Of a stretch of DNA of 64,000 nucleotides, positions 39,738 through 57,829 are shown one piece after another. Made by a program: the position numbers and the translations under genes. Origin of the DNA: Eledone cirrhosa (Eukaryota); NCBI GenBank assembly GCA_964016885.1, contig OZ024751.1, positions 48,422,001-48,486,000 on the forward strand, read 5' to 3'. Under the pieces are notes generated by a model. It saw nothing but the letters and a program-made list of their open reading frames with translations. It was not told the origin of the DNA and made no database searches. Position 1 is the stretch's first letter; each line of letters starts with the position of its first letter.

Positions 39738-40012
39738 CAGCAGTAGTAGTAATAGTACTAGTAGTAGTAGTGGCGGTGAGTGTGGTGGGTGTAGCAGTAG
39801 TAGTAGTGGAGGTGGTGGTAGTAGTAGTAGTAGTGGTAGTAGTAACAGTTGTAGTAGTAGTAGCAGTAGTAACAGTAGTAGTAGTAGTAGTGGCGGTGGC
39901 GTTGCTACTAGTAATAGTGACGGTGGTGGGAGTAGTAGCAGTAGTGATGGTGGTAGTAGTAGTAGTGGTGGTGATGGTAGTAGTAGTGGTGGTGGTAGTA
40001 GCAGCAGTGGTG

Positions 40013-40063
<51 letters not shown>

Positions 40064-40385
40064 CTAGTAGTAGTAATAGTGATGGTGGTAGTGGTGGTGG
40101 TAGTGATAGCAGTAGTAGTAGTTGTGGTAGTAGTAGTAGTAGTAGTAGTGGTGCTAGTAGTAGTAATAGTGGTAATGGTAGTGGTGGTGGTGGTGGTGGT
40201 GGTGGTGGTGGTAGTGGTGGTGGTAGTTGTGGTGGTGGTAGTGGTGGTGGTGGTAGTGGTGGTGGTAGTGGTAGTGGTAGTGGTGGTGGTGGTGGTGGTG
40301 GTAGTGGTGGTAGTGGTAGCAGCAGTAGTAGTAGTTGTGGTAACAATTGTAATGGTAGTGGTGATGGTAGTGGTGGTGGTGGTGT
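39738..40385. repeat. (GTA/GGT)n low-complexity tract
   Basis: Compound trinucleotide repeat. Confidence 0.9.
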
Positions 40386-40833
40386 TTGGAGAAATACAGG
40401 TTTCAGTTTGCTGAAAGAGGGCGGGGCAGAGATTGAAATTAATTTGGCAAGATAATTGCGAAATAAAGAAAGGTGCAAGCCGGATAGTGGGGCGGGTAGA
40501 GCAGCTGGGGGTGGTGGTGCTGCGTGAGGAAAGATAAATGAAAGATATTAGGGAGGATGAGGTGGATATGGAAATATAGGGATGCGTGTGACGGGGTGGA
40601 GTTAAGGGAGGTGTTACTGATTTTCGGGGGTATATTCAATTTTTGTTTGTGTGTGGATGTGCTTTCTGTTCAGTTTGTTGTTTAGAAGTAGGTCAGGTGT
40701 AATTGAGTTGACCTAGAAATAAATTACCCACGTGACCACAATGTCATGTATATTTATATAAGAAAGAATGAAACCACCAACAAACACATCCAGAAGAAGG
40801 AAAGAAAGAATTGGATAGGGACCCTCTCAATAA

Positions 40834-40941
40834 TAATTGTTTCTACTTTAGGCACAAGGCCAGCAATTATCCCAGTGTATTACTGGTACTTTATTTTATC
40901 GACCCCCGTAAGGATGAAAGGCAAAGTTAACTTCGGAGGGA
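40834..40941 (-). mobile_element. SINE family A, 3' half
   Basis: Match to family A tail and core. Confidence 0.85.
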
Positions 40942-41202
40942 TATATATATCATGCTTTAATTCAAGATGGCCGGGTCTGATTTGAGGAAGATTCGACTGT
41001 TGTCTCTAGCAGCTCCTAATAGGTGTACTCATTGGTGTAGTTGTTACTGGTGGTGTTTCGGGAGATATTGTAGAAGGTACTTCCCATGATGCAACGTAGA
41101 TTACCTGAAACGGAAACCAGGTAGAAGAGAATCGAAATTACTTACTAAACCGCAATGTCAGATCCTGTATATATAGGTTTTGAATTTGAACAGTATACAT
41201 AA

Positions 41203-41252
<50 letters not shown>

Positions 41253-41655
41253 AGAAGTTCTATTTAAATTGTTGGGATACAACAAGCAAATATTTTTATA
41301 ACTGATATAAAGCACTCAACACATTATTGGAGTAAAAACGATATATTAACAGAAATGGTCGCATTTTTTAAGGGTATGTCAATATTTATTTATAAAACTG
41401 ATCTATATTATATTTTATCTGATGAAAGCACACCATAATTTAACTTGGTGTCCTTGAAATATGTATAATGAAATAAATATGGTTTTATAAATATAGTTTC
41501 GATTTGTTAATATATCGTATATATATATATACGTATCCATACACACGTGTGTATGGATATGTGTATGTGTGTATGTGTATGTGTGTACGTATATACGGGA
41601 GCATATACGAAAATACTCACACACACATACCCCCCTCTCCACACCACTCAAACAT

Positions 41656-41698
<43 letters not shown>

Positions 41699-41909
41699 AT
41701 GTGGTATCATTTCGCTTTGCAAACTTTGCAAAGCATAAATATTTAGCGGTACTCTCGCATTCATAAACGATTCCTGGCATATTGATACGAAATACAAAGA
41801 TAAATAAATTTATAAATTTATACATATAGAAAACCGCTGTCTATAGGAGCGGAATTACGAGACTGAATGGATTACACACGCGCGCACACACAGAAACACA
41901 CACACACAC

Positions 41910-41965
<56 letters not shown>

Positions 41966-42096
41966 TGTATATATATATATATATATATACTGTATATATA
42001 TATACATATTTATGTATGCATGTATCTCTCTCTCTGTATATATATCTTTTTCTCCCCCTCTCTCTCTGTCTGTCTGTCTCCCTTTCCCTCTCTCTC

Positions 42097-42136
<40 letters not shown>

Positions 42137-42144
42137 TCTCTCTC

Positions 42145-42187
<43 letters not shown>

Positions 42188-42514
42188 TCATATATATATA
42201 TATACAGTATATATTTATATCAAGAATGTTGAATTCTCTGTTTTTCCTACAAAGATACCGTTGACATTCTGTCAGTAGGGAATACATTTGATACACCACC
42301 CCACCCCTCCCCACGCCGCCCCAGTCCGCCTCACTCCGCCCTACCCCACCTCACTCCACCATTCCCCGACACTCCCCCACCCCACTTCCTTTGTACTCAT
42401 CGCACTACTCGGTTCTTTCCTTCCATCTGTCTATATACTCCACCCTCTCTCTTATCACCCCCTCTCTATATCTATCGACTGATATATCCATGTTATCCTC
42501 CCATGTTTTCTATC

Positions 42515-42930
<416 letters not shown>

Positions 42931-43106
42931 TATATTGTATGCATTTCCTACATTACAAATGACAGAGGATCCCTTGAAAACCACTTTCACTCCATTAATA
43001 TTATCAATAGATTTTCTTAATGTGTGCCACCCCTCACCCGCCCATTTTGTTTATCTACTTTTAAATACCAACTCATCATCTTCATCACCACCACCACTAC
43101 CACCAC

Positions 43107-43142
<36 letters not shown>

Positions 43143-44247
43143 TATCATCATCAATAACAACATAACTATAATAATAATAAGGATAATGATAATATTAATA
43201 ACAATAATAATAATGAATAGTTTCTTTTATTGCATCAAGGGCGAGTAATGAGAAGAAGCTGCAGGGAGGGTTTTTCTATTTGGTTAGGGCACAATGAATT
43301 CGTATTTTAAAAGGAACGATGTTTGGTTGGTGGCGGTGGGCCGGGCAGCAACGTAAATATCAATGTAATAACCACAATAATCGATTTCGCTTCCCTCCTT
43401 TCATTAAACCCTAAAAAAATCTCAAAAATCCCCAATAAAACACCCCACAAAGCACAAAGGCCTCAGAGACAGACTAAAGTCACAAACATGGAACTAAAAC
43501 ACCAAGTGTTTGAGGGAGTGATTTAACTCACCAACCATTACAATTACTTGTACTAAAATTGTCAAAAGGTTAGCTGAGCCATTAGAACGTCGGATAAAAT
43601 ACTTGGTAGTATTTGTTCCGGGTCTTTCCAATCTAAGTTCAAATTCCACCGAGGTAAACTGTACTTTTCGTCGTTTCGAGATTGATAAAAAAAAAACCAG
43701 TTCAATATAAAAGTCATTTTATTCTCTATATCACTTTTAAGTTCCCTATTTTACAGCCTCTTTCTCTTTTATTTCCATCCAAGAAATCAGTTATGAGAGG
43801 GATGGGTCCCTCTATCTCTGGATTAAATGCCCAAGACACGCCAAATTTTAATTAATACAACGCCCCAATAACTCAATCAAGATTTATGGGTCCGTGGGCA
43901 TAGTATGGTTTCTGTGTCATTAATAACTATATACGAACAGCAGGTATATGGGTATCTATCTCTGCATAATTTACACTCATCCAGATGCATCATTATTGGT
44001 AGAAAACAAATTAGTATTCTTCATCTGGTTTCTTGGTTCATTGGATGTGAAATTCACATCAAACGCCATTTTCTTTTTACAATTAAACAAAATTAAAACG
44101 CGACGAGAATATTTGAGTATATCAAAATGGGTTTAACACCAAATTTAACATCTCAAAAATTCATTATATATTCAGCCTACATTATCGCTGAATACCACAT
44201 TAAAGCAACAACAACAACAACAACCACACCACCAACAGCAACAATAT

Positions 44248-44282
<35 letters not shown>

Positions 44283-45214
44283 GCAACGAATCAACAACTA
44301 CAACAACACTGACAAAATAAGTAGCAACAGCAACAACAACAGCAACAGCAACCACACCACCAACAGCAACAACAGCAACAATAACGAAACAACAACTACA
44401 ACAACAACATGAGCAACAACAACAACAAAAACAGTAACCACACCACCACCACCAACAATAACAGCAACGGAACAACAATTACAACACCAACAAAATTAGC
44501 AGCAATAACAACAACAACAATTAGAACAAAAACAACAGCCATGATTTGAACAACAATGGCTTTTACAAATACAACAATAATATCGACAACAACATTATCA
44601 GCACCACAATAAAACAAAAAACAAAAACAATAATAGCAACAGCAATAGCATCAGCTTTATAATACATCAACTACAGTGATAACATAGCCTCGAAACATCA
44701 ATAAACAATAGAATATGAAAAAAAAACCCCAAAACAACAACAACAACAAACAAACAAAACAAAAGATAAAATAAGATAAAATGAAATAAAATTTAAAAAA
44801 ATGGATTCTTTACTTCATCAAGTATCTATAAAAATATTTCATTAAAACGAAATATATTCACTGATGCTGCTGTGAAGAGTTAATCATAAACATCTCATCA
44901 ACATGGCAGTTTTTAATGTTATTGTTGTGGTAGGGTTGACTGAGTAGCAAAACCAAAAAGAATTATATATTTATATGAAGGGGTAGTAGAAGCAAAGCAT
45001 GTAGAAGCAGAGGAGAGAGGTTTAGTTAAGTGTGGGTTATTAAGATTTTATCAGGTTTTAATTGAATTTGCAGTTAATTATATGTATAAGAAAATTTAAC
45101 AGAATTTAATATAAAAAAAAATATCAATGGGTGCTGTTGGTGTTGGATCTCCGTCAGAGGTTCTGGCGACCAGTGATCTAGTTGTTGGATCAATGGAACA
45201 ATCTACTCATGTAA

Positions 45215-45455
45215 TTCACGTGCAAGTGGCTGAGCATCCCACAGACACGTGCGTTCTTAACGTAATACTCGGGAGGTTAAATGTAACACACATGTAACAA
45301 AGCTGGGCGTTTGAAGTACAGCTGAGTAGACTGGAGTAGCATGAATTAAAGTGACACGCTGAAGAACATAATGCACGGTCGATAATCGAATTCATGATCT
45401 TACAATCATGCAATCGTGAGCTGTATACTGTAACCACTAAACCGCGCCCTCTCAC
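45215..45455 (-). mobile_element. Diverged SINE (family B-like)
   Basis: Minus-strand head ggcgcggtttagtggtta; body shares aagtggctgagcat with 60979. Confidence 0.55.
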
Positions 45456-45509
45456 AAGCTACGATATACTGAGGAAATAAAATATCGTAAAACTGATGTA
45501 GCAAGATAC

Positions 45510-45694
45510 TTGTTTCTACTTTTGGCACAAGGCCAGCAATTATCACAGTGCATTACCAGTACTTTATTTTATCGACCCCGTATGGATGAAAGGCAAAGTT
45601 AACCTCGGCGGGATTTGAACTCGGACCGTAAAGGGCCGTAACTCTGTGCTGCAAAGCATGGCGTCCGACCCTCTACCGATACTGCCAATCCACC
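45510..45694 (-). mobile_element. SINE family A
   Basis: Full length; TSD atgtagcaagat (45496-45507, 45695-45706). Confidence 0.9.
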
Positions 45695-46421
45695 ATGTAG
45701 CAAGATGATGGAAGAGAAACATCTTTACATACATACACTATCAAATACATAATTTACAGTCAATTCTCATTTTCAACCTAAGATCAACAAAGGAAATATG
45801 TTTGAAACGTGGCGAGTGAAGGTTAGGATTGAAATAGCAATAGAAACCTCGCAGTAGTATTTTTTTTACTATAATATAGTCTAAGAATGGGGTATACACA
45901 CCCACTGAATGGAAAAAGATGGGTATCAGCACACATGGGAGCGTTGTGAGATTGGGGCAGTTAGTACCTGGTTTCAACAAGTGAGAGATAATGTCTTAGA
46001 TATTCAGCTAACCCCCCCATGAAATCAAAATAAGCAGACATCTCATCTATTATATCCAAGCCATCACAATAAACATAATTATTTATTTGTTTCCTTTTCA
46101 AAGCAGTGTAGATCCAAGATTGCATTTAGAATTCCTAGTTGTATATGTTGATTGTTTGAACACATGAGGAGATAGTCATGGCTGCATTGCTTTAATTTGG
46201 TTGTATAGGACTGGCATGAGAGAAAACGAGAAATCTTACCACCCAACACTGTCCAAAAAAGCAAACAAGCAAAAAGAAAAATAAGCAATCCCAAAGAGAG
46301 GAAACATTAGAACCGACATTGTTCTCTTGTCATAAACAATATTGTGTGTATGAGTGTGTGAATACACATACACTGCACACACAGGCATACAGGTATACAC
46401 GCATACACACACACCTACGCG

Positions 46422-49400
<2,979 letters not shown>

Positions 49401-49917
49401 TCGATGTGTTAAACGAGCAACATTTGTACTAACAGTGACACCACTAATCGATCTATATGTCCAAGTCTCAATATGTTAATTGACGTATCACTTCAAAGTG
49501 GAACATGTCGATATCTTTGATGTATATATTTGTGTCTAACTCTGCACTCAATCACTGGCCAGCTTACCATCTTTATCTCAAGTACTTAAAACAATACAAG
49601 TCCTACATATAAGAAGCATATTGACTTAAATCCTCAGTCCAGTAAGATGTTTGTTGGCCCTCACCCACCGCCAGATTCTGTCTACCCTTCTTCTTAAAAA
49701 ACATCGAGATAAGGAAACTCATCCTCACCCTACCCTCGAACAATCACTCCTCTCCACACTTATCGAAAGCTTTCACCTTCCTTCCTCCACATAAGCCAAA
49801 ACAAGAAAGAATGTTAATAAAATCAAAAACATATCAAAAAAATAACCAGAGACCACATGAAATCAATACAACTACGTGTTCAAAGTAGTTTTAATGTTTA
49901 CAAATACCTATATATTG

Positions 49918-49993
<76 letters not shown>

Positions 49994-50446
49994 TGTGTGA
50001 GTGTGTGTGTGTGTGTTTCTGTGTGTTTCTGTGTCTGTGTGTGTGGTGGGTATGGGGGAGGATCTTGGTTGGTTTAGGTTTACTATATTTGCTTATTTTT
50101 ACTCGTGGCTGGGGTTATGAAAAAATATTAAAAAAAAATTATATATATATGCCGAATTCGGAGGATGGGTCACGGTTTGGTTTGGCAGGAGCCAGAGTCA
50201 CGAGGGCAGGCTAGCGTTCGGTTTATGGTGCTTTACTAATTGTTTCTGGAGTGATTGGAGCAATAACCTTCTTATTTACTTTATATATTCTCTCGTCTGA
50301 AGGGAAGTCTTTGCTATGAAGGAAGAAGGTCTCTGGTCTGAAGAGAGGTCTTTGTAATGAAAGGAGGTCTCTGGATGATATATATATATATATATATATT
50401 GCTTCACCATTTTGTTTGTTTACCCTCGCGTCCCCTTTATTTACGT

Positions 50447-50548
50447 GTCCCAACGACTTTTTTTAGCCGTTGCTCACACCAACCGGAGGTATATGGTCTT
50501 TAAAGCGATGAAATGCCTATGATGGTTGGAAGATCACTGATGAAGGAC
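50447..50548 (+). ncRNA. Candidate non-circularly permuted (pseudoknotted) hammerhead ribozyme, copy 1
   Basis: aggtat-A-tggtctt (50487-50500), GAA-atgcct (50510-50518), aagatca-CTGATGA (50530-50543); extra helices ccaacc/ggttgg and gtcc/ggac; lies in a ~200-bp insert (50400-50600) in (TA)n. Confidence 0.6.
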
Positions 50549-50596
50549 AAACTTTTTTCATATGTAACCCATTTGCAACTCCGCAGCGCCCTTATT

Positions 50597-50644
<48 letters not shown>

Positions 50645-50771
50645 TATATATGCGTGTGTGTATCCCGGTTTCAATCGAGGGTAACCACTGTAAGTAAAGT
50701 ACTCAATACATAGCAGAGTATAAATATTTAATATAGAAATGGCTTCTACAGGACTAGAACTGTTTAATTCC

Positions 50772-50889
<118 letters not shown>

Positions 50890-50891
50890 AA

Positions 50892-51332
50892 TATTGAGTT
50901 TATGTTGGTTGTATACCAACACCTCAGTATGCAGGCTGGAGCACTCGACGAAGTGCGCAGTTTGGTTTGGTTACTCCGGAGTAATGTAAAATAAAGTTAA
51001 ATAAAAGTCAAATGATTAAAATTTAGCTTCGTTTATTACTGCTATATATATTTCAGTGACAGCCATCTTTGGCTGTGACCTCTTCAGGCAGTCCGAATTA
51101 GTATGGTATAGACAAGTACATATGTTGTTTAGGTGTATAATATTGTCAATACTCTGATATGCCCAGTTCCTTGTTGGGTTGTTATTTCACTGAGGAACTG
51201 GAGTCATATGACTCCAGTTCCTCAGTGAATTAACAGCCTGAAGAGGTCACAGCCAAAGATGGCTGTCACTGAAATTTATATAGCAGTAATAAACGAAGCT
51301 AAATTTTAATCATTTGGCTTTTATTTAACTTT
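50892..51332 (-). mobile_element. Inverted-repeat mini-element with a hammerhead in each arm
   Basis: Arms 50993-51089 and 51236-51332; internal 44-bp perfect palindrome 51186-51229; tail 50892-50992; in (TA)n. Confidence 0.8.
51038..51092 (-). ncRNA. Type I hammerhead ribozyme; second copy at 51233-51287 (+)
   Basis: actgc-CTGAAGA-ggtcacagcca(aaga)tggctgtcact-GAA-atatatat-A-gcagt. Confidence 0.85.
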
Positions 51333-51333
51333 T

Positions 51334-51497
<164 letters not shown>

Positions 51498-52762
51498 CAG
51501 AAGGAGAGAGAGAGAGAGAGGTAGAGAGAGCGAGAAAGAAAGAGATAATTAGAGATAATGAGAGAGAAAAGGAGAGAGAGAGAGAGTGCTCTTATAGTTG
51601 TCCCTCTTTTACACTTTTCTTTTCTTATTTAGGATACTTTCGTGTCCTGTTTACCTTCTCATTCTCCCCCCCCCCCTCTGCTCACTCTTGGTTTTGTTTC
51701 TTAATTGTAAGGGGTACCAGATATCTCTCCTAGTCTCTTATAGTTTACTATCTCTATGCGAACTTTTAAATTGATTGAATAAATAAATAAATAAATATAT
51801 TTACCAGGTCAGTGGACTGAGGCTACAGACATTGAAGTGTCTTTGCCAGTGTCAGAGTCAGATGTAACAGAAAATGGCATCGTTGATAGAAGACGAACAC
51901 GTCATTCGTTTTCCCTCTACGTTGCTGTAGACGGGACCTTCTCCACCTGACCATTCACCATATTCCCTCTGGCTGTTATTACTTATCGCAGAATTTCTAT
52001 TGCACCGAACGGTTGCACATATTAATCTAATATAATCACAAGTCAAGTAAAATTTCATCAAAAGTTTCAATATATCCACTTTATCTAATAAGTTAATCAA
52101 CATTTATCTTTCAAGTTCCATTGGAAAAATCAAATCAAAACTTGCTTCTGGGAATAAGCAAAGGAATAAGCAAGGTTTTAATGGACACTTGTCAAAAGAT
52201 CTTAATACCTTTTCCAAAGATTCGTTTACCTACTTTAGTGCACACACAGACCACGCCCTCCCCATATATATATATATGTGTGTGTGTGTCTGTGTTTGTT
52301 TGAGTGTGTGAATATACGTGGATAGATGTTGATACACACACACACAAACACATATATATATATGTGTGTGTGTAGATAAATGTATGTGTATATATATATA
52401 TATGAGTACAAATTATTCGTGAATTCATGCAACTTGTTACAAACCTATATACATATATACATATGTTTGTATATCTTTACTTGTGTATATGTTCATATAT
52501 TCATACAAACTAAAAATCTTCAATGCTTTACATACTTTAATAGTTCCATTAATGGATTTAATTACAATTACTTAATTAGGTGTGTCCTCTATGGTTTTGT
52601 AAAGATGATGATTGCTACTGATTCAGTCTATTACATAACTGATTATTCCAATAACCATAGATATAAACGTGGAGCTGTAGTTCAAGGGTAGTGTCTGTAG
52701 ATTATATTCATTTCCATATATGTTTTCTCTTTATTTAATCTGTCTACTTGTATTAATCTATG

Positions 52763-53066
52763 CTAACCCTAACCCTAACACTGACCCCAACCACAACCAT
52801 AGCCCTAACCCCAACCCTAACCCTAACCTTAACCCTAACCCTGACCCTAATCCTAACCCTAAACCTGTCCCTAACCGTAACCGTAACGCTAACCCTAACC
52901 CTAACCCTAACCCTGTCCCTAACCGTAACCGTAACCGTAACGCTAACCCTAACCCTAACCCTAACCCTGTCCCTAACCGTAACCGTAACCGTAACGCTAA
53001 CCCTAACTCTAACCCTAACCCTGTCCCTAACCGTAACCGTAACCCTAACTCTAACCCTAACCCTAA
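52763..53066 (-). repeat. Interstitial telomere-like (TTAGGG)n with variant hexamers
   Basis: About 50 hexamers of CCCTAA, CCGTAA, CGCTAA, CTCTAA, CCCTGT on +. Confidence 0.85.
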
Positions 53067-53122
53067 TACACATATATCCGCATGTGGTTGACTGCTAAGA
53101 GAAATGAGTACATGGTATTGAG

Positions 53123-53179
<57 letters not shown>

Positions 53180-53184
<5 letters not shown>

Positions 53185-53770
53185 CTATTTTTATCATATG
53201 TAACCCATGTGCAACGACGCAGTATTCTTTCTTCTCATGTTTTTTATACATATTTACCTCGGCTGCGTTTGTCTGTTTCTCTCTTACTGCTTCCCCGCTC
53301 TCTCTGTTTCTCTCACCTTCTTTCGCCTCCCTCTGTCAGTTACACTTTCTCTCGACTGACCTCTTCCTCGCACTTCCACTCACTCACTCTCTGTTTCTCC
53401 CCTTCTCACTTCCTCCCGTTTGGCTTGTAGTGGGTTCTCTTCCTGCTCACATCTCACTCATGTCGGATGGTCTGTATATCGCTCTCGCTCATGAAATCCA
53501 CCCAGCTTATGCTGACCGGATAACCATGTTGCTTGTTTTTTCCTATTTTTGCGTAGTTTTCATCCTTCTATGTTGTTTACTTGTCTCCCTCGCTTTACGC
53601 GATTTACTTGTCCCAATAGCTTTATTTAGTTATTGCTCGCACCAACCTGAGGTATATGATTTTTAATGCGATGATATACCAATGAAGGTTGGAAAATCAC
53701 TGACGAAGGACTATTTTTATCATATGTAACCCATGTGCAACCACGCAGTATTCTTTCTTCTCATGTTTTA
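53180..53770 (+). mobile_element. ORF-less element with ~60-bp terminal direct repeat (526-bp period) in (TA)n
   Basis: gactatttttatcatatgtaacccatgtgcaac...ctcatgtttt at 53183 and 53709; 3' part homologous to 50400-50600. Confidence 0.8.
53610..53711 (+). ncRNA. Candidate non-circularly permuted hammerhead, copy 2
   Basis: aggtat-A-tgatttt (53650-53663), GAt-atacc (53673-53680), aaaatca-CTGACGA (53693-53706); compensatory changes relative to copy 1. Confidence 0.55.
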
Positions 53771-53934
53771 TATATATATATATATATAGTATTAAGGATA
53801 CTATTTATGGTTATGTATATACTAAAACTTTTTATAGTTATATATATTTTAAACCCTAAACAGTGAAAGACAGTAATTTATTACCAGTAAGATAAATAGC
53901 TCAATGTAATAACATCAGTTGTTCTACAGAGCAG

Positions 53935-53999
<65 letters not shown>

Positions 54000-54184
54000 C
54001 TCCTTACTATCCTTCCTTTCTTATTTCTCCTTGCACCCCTTTTTCATTGTATTTCTATATAAGCAAGTACATAGATACAAGGAGAAAGGGAGAGCAGGGA
54101 GAGCAAGGAGAGCATTGAGAAAAGGAGAGTAAGGAGAGCAAGAAGAGCAAGAAGAGCAAGAAGAGCAAGAAGAGCAATGAGAGG

Positions 54185-55001
54185 TTAAGGCAAATATTGC
54201 TCAAGTTATGCTACAAGCAGACAAAGGTGAAAAAATCAACCGAGGAGGTAGATTCTGCACCAATGTGACTTTTCTTCCTTTACAAACATCGAGTCTTCTT
54301 CCTCTTTTGTAACTCCTGGTACAAAATCTTTCTTCACAAGATTTTCCATCAGCACCAATTTCCTCAACAAATACCCTTCAACATGGAAAGATGATCCTGC
54401 TTACAGAGAAGACGGTTATTGTGAATGATGTTGCAGAAAGAGGTGTCAAACTCAATCAGGATTACAATAACATTCTCACAAAAGATGAAACTGAGAAACA
54501 ATTTTTTTACAGATCTTTACCGAGAACCGTAAAAACACCCAACTGCCACTAAATCCTCTCTTATGCAAAAATGATGTTCAACATTCATGTTCAGTGTTCA
54601 CATTATATTTTTGATTTTATAGAAATTATTGTAAATAAAAATGCGTTTCTCTTATAGAAGTTGTGTGCTTTATTAAGAAAACCTTATATTTCCTAAGTTT
54701 TTCATGTTAATTCAGGAATTTTTCAAATTAACTATTGATAAATTTGATTCAGAACGTTTTTAAACATTTGCCTGGGTTGCCTGGATGTGTCCACATAAAT
54801 TTCTCTAAGGAAAAAGAAAATGGTCGAGATAGGGAACAGTATACCGCTTAAGCGTTGCGTATACTATGTTCCAACTTCAAGGCGTTTGCAGGTCGCCTAA
54901 AAGTCGTCCGATTGAGCTGTAATTTTGCATACCCGGTGGTTTTGCTGATTGGAACAGGATTAGGGTGTCGGAAAATTGTCTATTGCTAAGGGCCACCCTA
55001 A
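54185..55001 (+). mobile_element. Right end of a hAT-like DNA transposon with decayed transposase
   Basis: FVTPGTKSFFTRF..FLNKYPSTWKDDPAY and VNDVAERGVKLNQDYNNILTKDETEKQ; ends ggccaccctaa before (TA)n; terminal ~30 bp repeated at 55376-55408. Confidence 0.55.
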
Positions 55002-55175
55002 TATATATATATATATATATACAGGCATGTATGTCTGATATATTAAATAAGTTTATTTATTCAAACATGGATATGTTTTAGCAAAACTTTGTAAGGGGTA
55101 TATGTAATTTTTTCCCGAAATGTCATAGCGATGTCATATATACATACACATACATACACACACACACACATACAT

Positions 55176-55208
<33 letters not shown>

Positions 55209-55217
55209 TATATATAT

Positions 55218-55278
<61 letters not shown>

Positions 55279-55739
55279 TATATATATATATATCGCACAT
55301 ATACATGTGAGGTATATCTATGTGCGACTATCTATATACGAGATGACAGAGAAGCCAAGATAAAGATAGAATAACGGAAAATTACCTATTGCTAAGGGCC
55401 ACCCTAATATATATACATAGAGAATGAGAGATACCTAGATACGTTCAGTATAGATTGAGCAGAGGTTGTAAAAAAGAAGTAAGTATCGATAATATACTGT
55501 GGTGGAGGAAATTGATTATACCTACTTCCGTAAAATAGGTGGCCTTGTGCCATTCTGGGCAAACAATATGGCGCATTGTATGGTATGAAATACCATCAGA
55601 TGTTTACGTTTGATGTAAGAACTAAGATGGCCTCGTAAAGATATCGCACACTTGGGTAAGAGGACATAATGGAGACAGGGAAATAAAACCAGCAGAGAGA
55701 GAGAGAGGGTGAGAGAGAGAGAGAGAGAGGGAGAGAGAG

Positions 55740-57305
<1,566 letters not shown>

Positions 57306-57653
57306 GTATATAAGCATTATTATTCATAATATCAGTATAGAAATATCTTCCTTCCAGTTTGCACTTTTCCTTGTGTATTGGACTGTTGAAACTGTGTTAA
57401 AATATTTAATATTTTTCTGAATAATTTGATGAGTAGCTTAAAACTAGATTTTGTGGAAATTTCAATTCTCACCTGGCACCATTTCTTATTAATAATTAAA
57501 AAGAAAACCCCCAAACTAAAGGTTGTTTCAAGATATGAGGCTCCTCGAGTCTGTGCTTAGCTGGGTTTCAATTGCGTTAAACGACTGAGAGTACAATACA
57601 ACCCACTGAACATCTCACCAGTCCCTCGAAGGATTAACCCCAAACTACTCTTG

Positions 57654-57696
<43 letters not shown>

Positions 57697-57761
57697 ATTT
57701 ATATATATATACCATTTATATAAACTCGGCAAATAATACCTGATGAAATCGTCTAGTCTTG

Positions 57762-57825
<64 letters not shown>

Positions 57826-57829
<4 letters not shown>

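Noticed and set aside
41700-41740. Hairpin plus GAAA on the minus strand
   Set aside because: 5' core strand absent
50150-50378. CTGAAGA and GAAA within a TA-flanked insert
   Set aside because: Could not form stems I and III around a UH site by eye
50447-50548. HDV-like, pistol or twister interpretation of the pseudoknot
   Set aside because: Lacks P3/P1.1 and catalytic C context of HDV, the GCG/GU of pistol, and twister core; hammerhead core nucleotides fit better
52720-53091. NP-repeat ORF resembling circumsporozoite-type repeats
   Set aside because: Artefact of translating (CCCTAA)n
57738-57765. Isolated CTGATGA
   Set aside because: No downstream GAAA or pairing stems
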